From contig JAEOSU010000051.1 of assembly GCA_016840165.1 (NCBI GenBank), positions 64,001 to 128,000 of the forward strand: DNA of 64,000 bases. Reading direction: 5' to 3'. Numbering within the stretch: position 1 is the stretch's first letter; every line of letters starts with the position of its first letter. The notes beneath the pieces were generated by a model. It was not told the origin of the DNA and did no database searches. It was given only the letters and a program-made list of their open reading frames with translations. Source of the stretch: Promethearchaeota archaeon. Its GTDB lineage: Archaea; Asgardarchaeota; Lokiarchaeia; Sigyniarchaeales; SOKP01. The translations under genes and the position numbers were made by a program. Positions 20,887 through 30,536 of this stretch are shown here, piece after piece.

Positions 20887-21582
20887 TTATGGCTTCTTCT
20901 TCTGGTAGCTTGTACCTTTCACGCCTTTGAAAATACCCGCAGCTATCGCGCCAAAAATGAAGCCTCCCACATGAGCGAAATGCGCAGTTGATCCTGCTCC
21001 AAATGGATCTAAAAGAGAAACCATAGCATAGGTTAATTCAGCTATAAAATAGGTTAAAATAAAATACCCTGCACTTACTTTTCTCATTGATGTACCTGTT
21101 GCAGATGGAAGATAAAACTTATTTTTAGGATAGAGAATTAAGTATACTCCCATCAATCCAAATATCGCTCCTGAAGCTCCTAAAGAAGGTATATCCGCAA
21201 AAGTTATTCCTGGTATAATTTCTATCGGTATAATTAATGTACTTACCGCATGGAGTAAACTACCGCAAATACCTGAGATTAAATAAACAATGAGATAATA
21301 AACATGACCCATTGCGTGTTCACAATTATCAGTGATGATAATGAAAAACCACATATTCATTATTATATGTACGATGTCACCATGCATAAACATTGAAGTC
21401 AGTAAAGTCCATAATTTCTGTCCGGCAAAAAATTCTGCTGGTACGAACGCATATTCTATATGCATTTGTCCTGCAGGGTCGCTCAGTTGCCAGATAAAAA
21501 CTATTATATTAGCCGCTAAAATTATTACAGAAAAATATTGTTTAAAAAACGGAATTTTATCACTTTCAGCTTCAAAAACCAT
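20887..21582 (-). CDS. Rhomboid family intramembrane serine protease
   Basis: TSMFMHGDIVHIIMNM, GASGAIFG (catalytic Ser), AHFAHVGGF (catalytic His). Confidence 0.93.
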   Translation of the reverse strand: MVFEAESDKIPFFKQYFSVIILAANIIVFIWQLSDPAGQMHIEYAFVPAEFFAGQKLWTLLTSMFMHGDIVHIIMNMWFFIIITDNCEHAMGHVYYLIVYLISGICGSLLHAVSTLIIPIEIIPGITFADIPSLGASGAIFGLMGVYLILYPKNKFYLPSATGTSMRKVSAGYFILTYFIAELTYAMVSLLDPFGAGSTAHFAHVGGFIFGAIAAGIFKGVKGTSYQKKKP

Positions 21583-21717
21583 TAGTAACCACTTTTTCTA
21601 ATACTTAATTTTATGGATAGAGAAAGTTGGTTTTTATTGTATTTAAGAGTTTTTAAAATAAATCATTAGCTCGATACTATTGACCTCTACAATATGTATA
21701 ATCTATTTAAAATAATT

Positions 21718-22302
21718 TTATATAGGTTTGGCAAATATCATTTTTACTCTTAATTTATCGAACATCCCTGTTGGCATTGGTTTTATTAGGCATACTGTAT
21801 CTGCTCCCCGTCCAGTCCCCGCAACACATATCACATCTCTCTCGATGTCGGGAATCAAACCAGCATCCACTGCCATAGCAGCTATCTCCATACATACTTT
21901 AATTCCTTGGCAAAAATTTTGTCGTAAGTACTTTGCCATCAATTCTACGGGTGGCCATTGATTTAAGGAAAGACGATAACTTCTTGAAACAGCTCCTAAA
22001 GCGTGGGTTGTGGAAAACACCTTGAAACCTTTCTCCTCTAAATCTTTCATTACTTTTTCCGGAAATTCTTGTCTTTTATTTAAACCTGTAAAATAGTAAG
22101 AATGAGTCATAATAACTATATTAAATTCATTTGGAGAGAAATATTCAACAGATTTCTGTGCGGTCATACCTGTTGTACTTGCAATAATAATATCTTTTAT
22201 AGAAAACTCATCAGCATACTTTCTAGCAACCTCTAAAGCTTTCTTAGTATTAACAGCCCCTTGTTCCTTAAAATAAGACACTTCTACTCGAATTTCACTC
22301 AT
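21718..22302 (-). CDS. Pyruvate kinase alpha/beta (C-terminal-like) domain protein, archaeal stand-alone family
   Basis: YFKEQGAVNT, IIIASTTGMTA, QGIKVCMEIAAMAVDAGLI, AGTGRGADT. Confidence 0.85.
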   Translation of the reverse strand: MSEIRVEVSYFKEQGAVNTKKALEVARKYADEFSIKDIIIASTTGMTAQKSVEYFSPNEFNIVIMTHSYYFTGLNKRQEFPEKVMKDLEEKGFKVFSTTHALGAVSRSYRLSLNQWPPVELMAKYLRQNFCQGIKVCMEIAAMAVDAGLIPDIERDVICVAGTGRGADTVCLIKPMPTGMFDKLRVKMIFAKPI

Positions 22303-22415
22303 AATCTTGTTTACTTTTTGTTATTTTATTTTCATAACTTTTCTTACCTTAAAAATGAATTTAATAAGAAAATAATTGCTTTTTTTAGAGATTCTTCTTT
22401 TTAGTTAGTAACATC

Positions 22416-23396
22416 ATGATTAATATTATCATAGGGATCATACTAGCATTAGTAACAACATTCTGTTTTAATATAGCTATTGTGTACCAAAAAAAGGGGC
22501 TTAGTCAAGGAAGATTAAGCGGAGCTGAGATAAATCTTGGAGCAGGATTTAAATCAACAATCAAAACTTTTATAAAATTAATCAAAAATAAGAACTGGGC
22601 ATTTGGAGCATTACTTGGAGTAGTTGGATGGGTTCCCTATATAATTTCGATTGGTTTAGTTGGTATTATCGTTACGGAACCTGTAATGGCAACGGGATTC
22701 ATCTTCTTTGTCATTGCTGCTAACCGTATTCTACATGAAAAAATTGGGGTCATTGAGTATATAGCAATTGGAATGCTAACTATCTCTCCCATTCTAATAG
22801 CATTAGCAGGAATATCAAATTTAGAAATAGATTTAATTGGTTTCGTCCCATCAATGATAATCTTTTTAATAATAACTGTTAGTGCTAGTATTATTTCTCT
22901 TTATTTTGCTAAAAGAAAAAGGGATACGAATCTTGAAGGTTTACTAACCATGTTTGGAGGAGCAATTTTGTTTGCCTTAGGAGGAATAGCTACTAATATA
23001 TTAGTCCAAGCCTTACTCCAAGCGGTAGATACAATTCATTGGTATGTGATTTTTCAATTACCCTTAGGGATATTTTGGTTTTTTTTAACCTCGTCATATC
23101 CATACTTATGGGTTTTTCTCGGATTTTGGATGATGGCAATCTTTAATTTATCAAGTCTGCCGTATTATCAAGGAGGTTATCAAAAAGGAAAAATTCTTAT
23201 TATGTATCCATTATTAGATTCCGTAGCTTTGCTATTGCCTATATTTGCTGGTTTAATTGTTTTCAAACAAACATTTGAGAACTTCTATTTATTTATTATA
23301 GCATTAATACTGATCGTTATTGCTTCCGTTATCCTTAGTAAATATCAAGTTGCTATTGAAAAGATGGAAGTAGAGAACCAGATTGATAATTCCTAA
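22416..23396 (+). CDS. DMT-superfamily (EamA/NIPA-like) transporter
   Basis: ~9-10 TM helices; CFNIAIVYQKKG and ILHEKIG motifs. Confidence 0.7.
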   Translation: MINIIIGIILALVTTFCFNIAIVYQKKGLSQGRLSGAEINLGAGFKSTIKTFIKLIKNKNWAFGALLGVVGWVPYIISIGLVGIIVTEPVMATGFIFFVIAANRILHEKIGVIEYIAIGMLTISPILIALAGISNLEIDLIGFVPSMIIFLIITVSASIISLYFAKRKRDTNLEGLLTMFGGAILFALGGIATNILVQALLQAVDTIHWYVIFQLPLGIFWFFLTSSYPYLWVFLGFWMMAIFNLSSLPYYQGGYQKGKILIMYPLLDSVALLLPIFAGLIVFKQTFENFYLFIIALILIVIASVILSKYQVAIEKMEVENQIDNS

Positions 23397-23409
23397 GCAA
23401 TAATATTAT

Positions 23410-23814
23410 TTATTGATCTCCGGTTTTTTCTAGAATCTTTTTAACATATTCAAGTAAGGCTTTTCCAGAGATTGCTTTTAAAAGATAACCATCGGCACCT
23501 AATTCTTTTCCTTTAATAATATCAAATTTAAAATTTTTTACAGTAAAAAGAATAACCAGAATCTTCTTATATTTCTCATTAGTCTTAATTTTCTCCAAAA
23601 CCGTATATCCATCAACGTTGGGCATCATGATATCTAATAATACCAGTGTGATCTCATTATGTTGCTGTTCAATGATCTCAAGAGCTTCTTTTCCGCTATT
23701 AGATGTAATGGTGTCATAATTTTCGAGTTTAAGAATTTTATCTGTTAAATTTAGGATATCCTCCTCGTCATCGATTATCATTATTTTTCCTATACTCCTT
23801 GCGATTTTAGACAC
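23410..23814 (-). CDS. Single-domain response regulator (REC)
   Basis: IIDDEED, LVLLDIMMPNVDG, FT, GADGYLLKA. Confidence 0.9.
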   Translation of the reverse strand: MSKIARSIGKIMIIDDEEDILNLTDKILKLENYDTITSNSGKEALEIIEQQHNEITLVLLDIMMPNVDGYTVLEKIKTNEKYKKILVILFTVKNFKFDIIKGKELGADGYLLKAISGKALLEYVKKILEKTGDQ

Positions 23815-24044
23815 CCTTCAATTTTTTAGATTATTCACTAATTTTACGAGAGAAATATAAGTTAATCCTCTCATATACCACAATCTATAATTTAAATCGT
23901 TTAATTGCTTTTTAAATTTTTATGATTTTATAAATTTGATCGATATTGTCATAGAATAATAATTGGGATCTCTTTATTTGCTTAAGATAATAATTATTTG
24001 CTAATGATAATAAAAAATTAGATTTAAACTATTGAAAGTGTAAT

Positions 24045-24434
24045 CTAATGGGTTTCAAATACACTATTGACATATTCTAATAATTGCTTACCAGAAAATG
24101 GTTTTGTAATATAACCGTCAGCCCCCATTTCTTTACCTTTTTGGATGTCTTCCTTAAAGCTTTTTACAGTAAATAAAATAACGAGGATATGTTTAAACAT
24201 ATCGTTTGACTTTATAGTTCTTAGTACTTCCATCCCACTCACTCCTGGCATCATTAAATCTAATAAAACAAGAGATATCTCGCTATACCTATCCTCGATA
24301 ATTTTAAGAGCCTCTTTCCCATTATTACAAGTCAGTGTATTATAACTAGCTAATTTGAGAATTTTATCCGTTAGATTGACTATATCAGGCTCATCATCCA
24401 CGACTAATATCGTTTTCGACGGATTTTTATCCAT
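24045..24434 (-). CDS. Single-domain response regulator (REC)
   Basis: VVDDEPD, LVLLDLMMPGVSG, FT, GADGYITKPF. Confidence 0.92.
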   Translation of the reverse strand: MDKNPSKTILVVDDEPDIVNLTDKILKLASYNTLTCNNGKEALKIIEDRYSEISLVLLDLMMPGVSGMEVLRTIKSNDMFKHILVILFTVKSFKEDIQKGKEMGADGYITKPFSGKQLLEYVNSVFETH

Positions 24435-24566
24435 TCTTAGCCCCGCTCGTTAAATGTTTTAATATTTAGTTATAAAAAATAAATAAATGAATTCAATTTA
24501 TTTTAACTATCATATATTGATTTTCTTATTTAATAGTTTATTCCAACTACGAAAATTTTACCATTC

Positions 24567-25229
24567 ATGTCACGAAAAACGAAGAAACCAAAATTCCCAG
24601 AATCTTATCAAGGAGATAAAGCAGAAGAATACAATCAGTCACGTTGGATGGAAAGAAATCAAAAGAGAACCGCTCTGTTATGTATCCAGTATTTGTATGA
24701 TGAACACTTAGATAATGTTTACCATCATGATATTCTGAGAGATTTACCTTATTTAATGCTAGATTTAGGATGTGGTACAGGCTTTTCATCTGAAATATTA
24801 GCAGAAAATGGCTTTCGAGTAATAGGTGTTGACATTTTAAAAGATATGATCTATAAAGCAAAACAAAAAAAAATAAGATATGAAAAGGATACACACATAG
24901 AATATGTACAATCTGATATCAACTATTTACCTTTTAAAGATGATAGCATAGATCACATAATCTCAATCTCTGCCTATAATTTTATAATAGATCCTACTAC
25001 TACCTCTAAAGAAAAAATTATTCGATTAACGCAAACGGCACAAGACTTGAATGCTATTATTAAAGATCATGGAAGATTGGTTTTAGAATTTTATCCTAAT
25101 GATGAACAAGAATTAAATCTGTTTAAATCTTCTTTTACTAACAATGGTTTTGATGGATTTATGATTAAGCAAAATCCAAACCAAAAATCGGGTCAAACTT
25201 TTTTGTTACTAAAAAAAATTAAGGAATAA
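24567..25229 (+). CDS. Class I SAM methyltransferase, Bud23/WBSCR22-like
   Basis: LDLGCGTG motif I; ISISA, EFYP and GFDG..NP motifs resembling Bud23. Confidence 0.75.
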   Translation: MSRKTKKPKFPESYQGDKAEEYNQSRWMERNQKRTALLCIQYLYDEHLDNVYHHDILRDLPYLMLDLGCGTGFSSEILAENGFRVIGVDILKDMIYKAKQKKIRYEKDTHIEYVQSDINYLPFKDDSIDHIISISAYNFIIDPTTTSKEKIIRLTQTAQDLNAIIKDHGRLVLEFYPNDEQELNLFKSSFTNNGFDGFMIKQNPNQKSGQTFLLLKKIKE

Positions 25230-25230
25230 T

Positions 25231-26367
25231 ATGGGAACGTGTAAATATTGTGGAAGAACATCACCAGTAATTTCAGATATACTTCAAATTTGTCGGAATT
25301 GCATTCTTAATGGAGATTGGACTGTTATAAAACCACATCTTATCAATATTCATACTCAGGTAAGAAAAATAGCAGATTTACCGGGGATGCCTCCTAAATC
25401 GTCAATTGAGAATAAAAAAATAAACTGCAACTTATGTGTAAATGAATGCTCTCTTGGTCAGCAAGATGTAAGTTATTGTGGTTTAAGAAATATATTGAAA
25501 GATAAAACTCGTGAATTGCCGCTACCGACCAAAAATAAAGGATATATTCATGGATATTTAGATGCTAATCCTACAAATTGCTGTAATGCATGGTTTTGTC
25601 CTGCTGGGTCTTCATATGGTTACCCTGAATATTCAAATCAAAAGGGTCCTGAATTAGGGACTTATTCTTATGCTGCGTTCCTCTATGGATGTTCCTTCGA
25701 TTGTTTATTTTGTCAAAATGCCTCTCATAAATCTTTTTCTAAACATAATTTACACAATGTTGAAAATATAGCAGATTATATCTATAAAAACGATAAAATC
25801 ACCTGTATTTGTTATTTTGGAGGTACACCTGAACCCCAATTACCATTCACTATTAATTTAGCAGAATTAATCTTGAATAAAATTAAGAATAATATCCATG
25901 AAAGAAAATTTCGTGTGTGTTGGGAATGGAATGGTAGCGGGAATAGGAATTTAATAGAACGATGTATGAAAATTGTCATTAAGACTGGAGGAAATATTAA
26001 ATTTGATTTAAAATCATACAATGAACGATTAAACTATGCTTTCTGCGGTGTAAGCAATAAAAGAACATATAATAACTTTGCATTTTTAGCTAAAAATTAT
26101 TTTGGAACCCGTAAAGGTTTATATGAAATGAGTGCTTGTACGTTATTAGTACCAGAATATGTTAATAAAGAAGAAGTCGAATTAATTGCCAAATTTATTA
26201 GTGAAATTGATGATAAGATACCCTATAGTTTATTAATTTTTCACCCCGATTATCAAATGCGCGATTTGCCAATAACTCCGAAACAACAAGCATTAGATTG
26301 TCTTAAAACTGCAAAAAAGTATTTAAAAAACGTTCATTTAGGGAATAAATTTCTTTTAAGGTTTTGA
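25231..26367 (+). CDS. Radical SAM protein (PFL-activase-like/AmmeMemoRadiSAM-related archaeal family)
   Basis: GCSFDCLFCQN; extra N-terminal Cys motifs (CKYC, CRNC, CNLCVNEC); YFGGTPEP; NVHLGN. Confidence 0.85.
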   Translation: MGTCKYCGRTSPVISDILQICRNCILNGDWTVIKPHLINIHTQVRKIADLPGMPPKSSIENKKINCNLCVNECSLGQQDVSYCGLRNILKDKTRELPLPTKNKGYIHGYLDANPTNCCNAWFCPAGSSYGYPEYSNQKGPELGTYSYAAFLYGCSFDCLFCQNASHKSFSKHNLHNVENIADYIYKNDKITCICYFGGTPEPQLPFTINLAELILNKIKNNIHERKFRVCWEWNGSGNRNLIERCMKIVIKTGGNIKFDLKSYNERLNYAFCGVSNKRTYNNFAFLAKNYFGTRKGLYEMSACTLLVPEYVNKEEVELIAKFISEIDDKIPYSLLIFHPDYQMRDLPITPKQQALDCLKTAKKYLKNVHLGNKFLLRF

Positions 26368-26489
26368 AGTTCTATTCTTTGTTAGATTTTTAGTATTTGA
26401 TAATAAAATATTTATTTTACTAATTATTATCCATCCTACAATTAATCAATATTGCGTATTGAGAAACATAAAAAGGAGAATTAATTAGT

Positions 26490-26795
26490 TTGCAAGCTGC
26501 TCGTATCCGTCTGTCAAGCGTCCAACTTGATGCACTTCAATCTGTATGCGATCAAATCGAAAGTGTATGTAAAAATCAAGGAATTAAAAAGTATGGACCA
26601 ATACCTCTTCCTACTAAACGATTAAGAGTTCCGACCTTAAAAGCACCTTCTGGTCAAGGGACATCTACCTGGGCTAAATTTGAGATGCGAATTCATAAAC
26701 GTCTTTTTGAAATAATCGCAAATGAAAGAAGTATGCATCTTATTATGAAAATACAGATTCCAGAATCAGTATTAGTTGAGATTGAATTAATGTAA
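26490..26795 (+). CDS. rpsJ: 30S ribosomal protein uS10 (archaeal type)
   Basis: ARIRLSS, GPIPLPTKRL, G.GT.TW..FEMRIHKRL, IQIPESVLVEI; TTG start with AGGAGA upstream. Confidence 0.93.
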   Translation: MQAARIRLSSVQLDALQSVCDQIESVCKNQGIKKYGPIPLPTKRLRVPTLKAPSGQGTSTWAKFEMRIHKRLFEIIANERSMHLIMKIQIPESVLVEIELM

Positions 26796-26963
26796 TTCAC
26801 TATACTAATATTTTATCTAAATTATAATCCTATTAGAATCCTGTTATAACCATTAAATAATAACTATTATATAATATTAAACAGATTTAAATCAGAAAAA
26901 GAGTTTTAAATTCTTAAGGAATTAAGTCTTTTTGTATTAAATTAACTAAAATAATTTGTAAAA

Positions 26964-27686
26964 ATGGCAGATTACCATACAAAAACATTTTTTGGACAGA
27001 AAAAAGCACTCATTCTTACTAGTCCAGCTAAAACTGTTCCCTATATCTTCTTAAGTTGTATTACTCGAAAGGAGGATGGTATTTGGGAGACCTTAGCAAA
27101 ACAAGAAGGCAAGACAGTTAAGATCTCAATGGAAGAGATTATATGTATATTAGAGGTCCTTAATAAAAAGAGTGCTAATTGGAGAGGGTCTCATGTGTTT
27201 AAGGAAAGAAAGACTGAAATTTATGTCGGGTGGGAATCTGAAGCACGTGAGACTATTCGGATTAAAATTGGTGAATATGTGAAAAAATTGCGATTTCCTG
27301 GCTTGAATCTTTTAGTTTTAATGCTAGAACATATATTGAAAGAAAAAGTTGAATTTGCAACTTCGGGGACATTTGATATTCAAGAAAAAGAACAAATGGA
27401 AGATGAAGGTGAGTATGGTGTGTTTTCAGAGCGAATAACTGCAAGAGATGGGCTACAGATCGTTGAAACTACTGAATATGGTGTGTCATCTGGTGCATTA
27501 GAAATATCAGCAAAAATCAAAGTTGAAAGCCCAAAAGCGCTCTTAATTACCCTAGATTCTGGTGAGGAGTTCTGGATTCCGAAAAGTACTATTCATAGTA
27601 AATATGATACGTCTCAGAAACAGAAATCTCTAAAATTATTAGTAGATAAATGGATTATAGAAAAGAATAAGATCGTTAATGATTAA
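26964..27686 (+). CDS. Two-domain hypothetical protein (possible Whirly/PC4-like N-domain + small beta C-domain)
   Basis: Repeated beta-rich/helix pattern in residues 1-135; C-terminal ESPKALLI...EEFWIPKS motif. Confidence 0.55.
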   Translation: MADYHTKTFFGQKKALILTSPAKTVPYIFLSCITRKEDGIWETLAKQEGKTVKISMEEIICILEVLNKKSANWRGSHVFKERKTEIYVGWESEARETIRIKIGEYVKKLRFPGLNLLVLMLEHILKEKVEFATSGTFDIQEKEQMEDEGEYGVFSERITARDGLQIVETTEYGVSSGALEISAKIKVESPKALLITLDSGEEFWIPKSTIHSKYDTSQKQKSLKLLVDKWIIEKNKIVND

Positions 27687-27688
27687 TC

Positions 27689-28927
27689 TTGGATATAAAT
27701 ACAAAGTTATATAAGAAGCCAGTTTTTCTAAACTTAATTCTTTTAGTAATCAATTTAGGTTTATTTATTTTTAAAATCTTTTTTTCAATACTCTCAAATA
27801 GTTTGGCTCTTCAAGCAGATGCCTATGATTCATTAACTGATATCTTCATGGCTCTTGTAGCGTTTATAGGTTTAATTTTTGCAAATAAGAAACCGAATGA
27901 AAAATTTCCTTATGGTTATTATAAAATTGAGAATATCATTAGTTTGGTTATCTCGTTTTTCATTTTTTATACCGCTTTTAATATTATTTACCAAGCTATA
28001 TCTGATTTTAATTTGTTCATAGGAGGAAGTTTAAAACAATTTTATTTAACTACTGAGGTGATTATCTTTTTACTTATATCGTTCGGCATTACCATTCTCT
28101 TAACTATTTACTTAAAATATGTCGGCAGATATTCAAAATCACCAATAATTCAATCACAAGCAAGTGAGAAGCTCTATGATAATTTTATTTCCTTATCAGT
28201 CATTATTAGCTTTATATTAGCTTACTTTGGGTTTTCTCTTATAGATACGATAATAGGTTTAATCATAGCAGCGTTTATCATTAAGGGAGGTTATGATATA
28301 TTTGTACATTCAACAAAAACTTTGCTAGATGCGGTAATTGATTTTGATAACAGAAAGGAACTCTATGATTTAATTACTGGTTTTCCTAAAGTGAAAGAAA
28401 TAGAAAAGCTAGAAGTTCGCTCTTATGGTAGATATATCTTTTTAGAAGTAAGTATTACTCTCAATAAAGAGCTTCAACTCCATCTTATAGAAGATCTAAA
28501 GAAAGCGATCACTCGAAAAATTCAATCAAGATTTCCTCAGATTTTTCGTATTATCATTATAACTCAAGCATCTGAAAAACAATTTATTCGTGTCGCTGTA
28601 CCAATCGCAGAAAATAATGATCTAAACTCACAAATTTCAGATCATTTCGGTGAGGCTCCCTATTTTGTGCTTCTTGATTTTGTATACGATAACAAAGGGA
28701 CATTATCGAACTATACAATTATCTCTAATAAATTCAAGGATGTTGAGAAGAGAAAAGGTATTCTAATTTCTGATTGGTTAGTCTCTGAGAAGGTAGATAA
28801 ATTATACCTCAGAAAAGCGTTAAATAAAGGACCAAGCTTAATCTTTGAGAATAGTTTTGTTCATATTATTATTGTAGAATCAGAAAACTTAAGAGAAATT
28901 ATAAAAAGAGAGATGGAAAATCCATAA
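27689..28927 (+). CDS. Cation diffusion facilitator fused to a NifB/NifX-like domain
   Basis: SLALQADAYDSLTD, FPYGYYKIEN, dimerisation domain, then VAVPI...ISDHFGEAPYF. Confidence 0.88.
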   Translation: MDINTKLYKKPVFLNLILLVINLGLFIFKIFFSILSNSLALQADAYDSLTDIFMALVAFIGLIFANKKPNEKFPYGYYKIENIISLVISFFIFYTAFNIIYQAISDFNLFIGGSLKQFYLTTEVIIFLLISFGITILLTIYLKYVGRYSKSPIIQSQASEKLYDNFISLSVIISFILAYFGFSLIDTIIGLIIAAFIIKGGYDIFVHSTKTLLDAVIDFDNRKELYDLITGFPKVKEIEKLEVRSYGRYIFLEVSITLNKELQLHLIEDLKKAITRKIQSRFPQIFRIIIITQASEKQFIRVAVPIAENNDLNSQISDHFGEAPYFVLLDFVYDNKGTLSNYTIISNKFKDVEKRKGILISDWLVSEKVDKLYLRKALNKGPSLIFENSFVHIIIVESENLREIIKREMENP

Positions 28928-29748
28928 TGAGTATAACTATTGATGATTTAAAAGAGATGGGACAGAGAGTATACAATAAAGTTCATCCTATACTAGGAAA
29001 ACCATCAGCAGCAAAAAAATCGACCAAAGGAGCGGGTGGGGACATGACGATGTATATAGATACACTCGCAGAAAATACAATAATCGAGTATCTAAAAGAA
29101 TCTGGTTTTAACCTTTTGTTAATTAGCGAGGAAGTTGGAGAGCAATTTATCGGAACTCGTGAGGAGGCCATTAAAAATAAGAGGGTTCTTATAGTGGATC
29201 CTATTGATGGTTCAAATAATTCAGTAAGAGGTATCCCATATTGCTCCGTTTCTATTGCTTATGCAGAAGGTACTCATATGAGAGATATTGTAAAATCTGT
29301 TATCGTAAACCTAAATACTAAGGATTTTTACTGGGCAGAAAAAGGGATGGGAGCATTTATGAATGATCAAAAAATTCACGTTTCAGAGTTAGGAACGTCA
29401 GATAAACCCTTTTTTGAAATTAATATCTCTCCACATAATATTGAAAAAAAATTGATTTTCTTGAATCCAATTATATCAAAATTTCATAGGATTCGAATAT
29501 TAGGAAGCACTGCATTGTCGTTATGTCTGGTTGCGAGCGGTAATATGGAAGCATTCATTAATTTGAGAAAAAGTAATCGTCTTGTGGACACTGCTGCTGG
29601 ATATTTAATATTAAAAGAAGCTGGTGGTAAATTTTTCTCATTTGAAGGTACTGAAGTTGATTTAGAGTTAGCAATCGATAAAAGATTTGCATTTATCGCA
29701 TGCAATGCCCAAATGGAACATTTTCTTAAGCAAAACCTGACGGACTAA
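28927..29748 (+). CDS. suhB: Inositol monophosphatase / FBPase (archaeal bifunctional type)
   Basis: GAGGD, ISEE, DPIDGSNN, RILGSTAL, DTAAGYLILKEAGG. Confidence 0.88.
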   Translation: MSITIDDLKEMGQRVYNKVHPILGKPSAAKKSTKGAGGDMTMYIDTLAENTIIEYLKESGFNLLLISEEVGEQFIGTREEAIKNKRVLIVDPIDGSNNSVRGIPYCSVSIAYAEGTHMRDIVKSVIVNLNTKDFYWAEKGMGAFMNDQKIHVSELGTSDKPFFEINISPHNIEKKLIFLNPIISKFHRIRILGSTALSLCLVASGNMEAFINLRKSNRLVDTAAGYLILKEAGGKFFSFEGTEVDLELAIDKRFAFIACNAQMEHFLKQNLTD

Positions 29749-29782
29749 AATGATGAATAAAAATTTACTGGTATTTAATTAA

Positions 29783-30379
29783 ATGGAACACTTAAAAAGA
29801 ATTCAAAGGGATTTCTTTTCACGCGACACTATAACTGTTGCCCGGGAATTACTAGGAAAATATCTTATAAGAATTGAAAATCATCATAATTTAATTGGAA
29901 AGATTATTGAAGTTGAGGCTTATTTAGGTTCAAATGATAAAGCATGCCACAGTTATAATTTTCGTAAGACACCAAGAACAGAAGCTATGTATAAGAAACC
30001 AGGTACATTATATGTATATTTAATCTATGGGATGTATCATTGTTTAAATGTTATTACTGAACCTGAAGGAATACCGTGTGCAGTACTCATTAGGAAACTA
30101 TATCCCATTAAGGGTATAGAACTAATGAAAGAAAGAAGAAATGTGAAGATTGGGAAAAATTTTAAAAATCTTATTGATGGTCCGGGAAAGCTCTGCATGG
30201 CAATGGATATCACTAGAAAAAAATTTAATAGTAGAGATTCATGTTCAGAAGATTCAGAACTTTTTTTCGCCCTAGAAGAGCCTATAAATAGTGAAAAGAT
30301 CTTAAGGGGGAAACGAATTGGTATTGAATATGCTGAAGAAGATAAGGATCAGTTATTACGATTTTGGGTTGAAGTTTAA
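29783..30379 (+). CDS. mpg: DNA-3-methyladenine glycosylase (MPG/AAG family)
   Basis: VARELLGK, IIEVEAYLG..DKACH, YVYLIYGMYHCLNV, AVLIR, GPGKLC, RIGI. Confidence 0.93.
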   Translation: MEHLKRIQRDFFSRDTITVARELLGKYLIRIENHHNLIGKIIEVEAYLGSNDKACHSYNFRKTPRTEAMYKKPGTLYVYLIYGMYHCLNVITEPEGIPCAVLIRKLYPIKGIELMKERRNVKIGKNFKNLIDGPGKLCMAMDITRKKFNSRDSCSEDSELFFALEEPINSEKILRGKRIGIEYAEEDKDQLLRFWVEV

Positions 30380-30536
30380 TTAAATAAAAATTTTGTTTAC
30401 TATTGTGTAGATCATACTTTTCTTTTTAACAGAAATGACCATAATTATATGCAATTTATTGTAATAATCAATACTACTAATTAGTAGAAAATAATTATTT
30501 GATTTTACAATTGAAATTCTCTAAATACTGGTAAAA

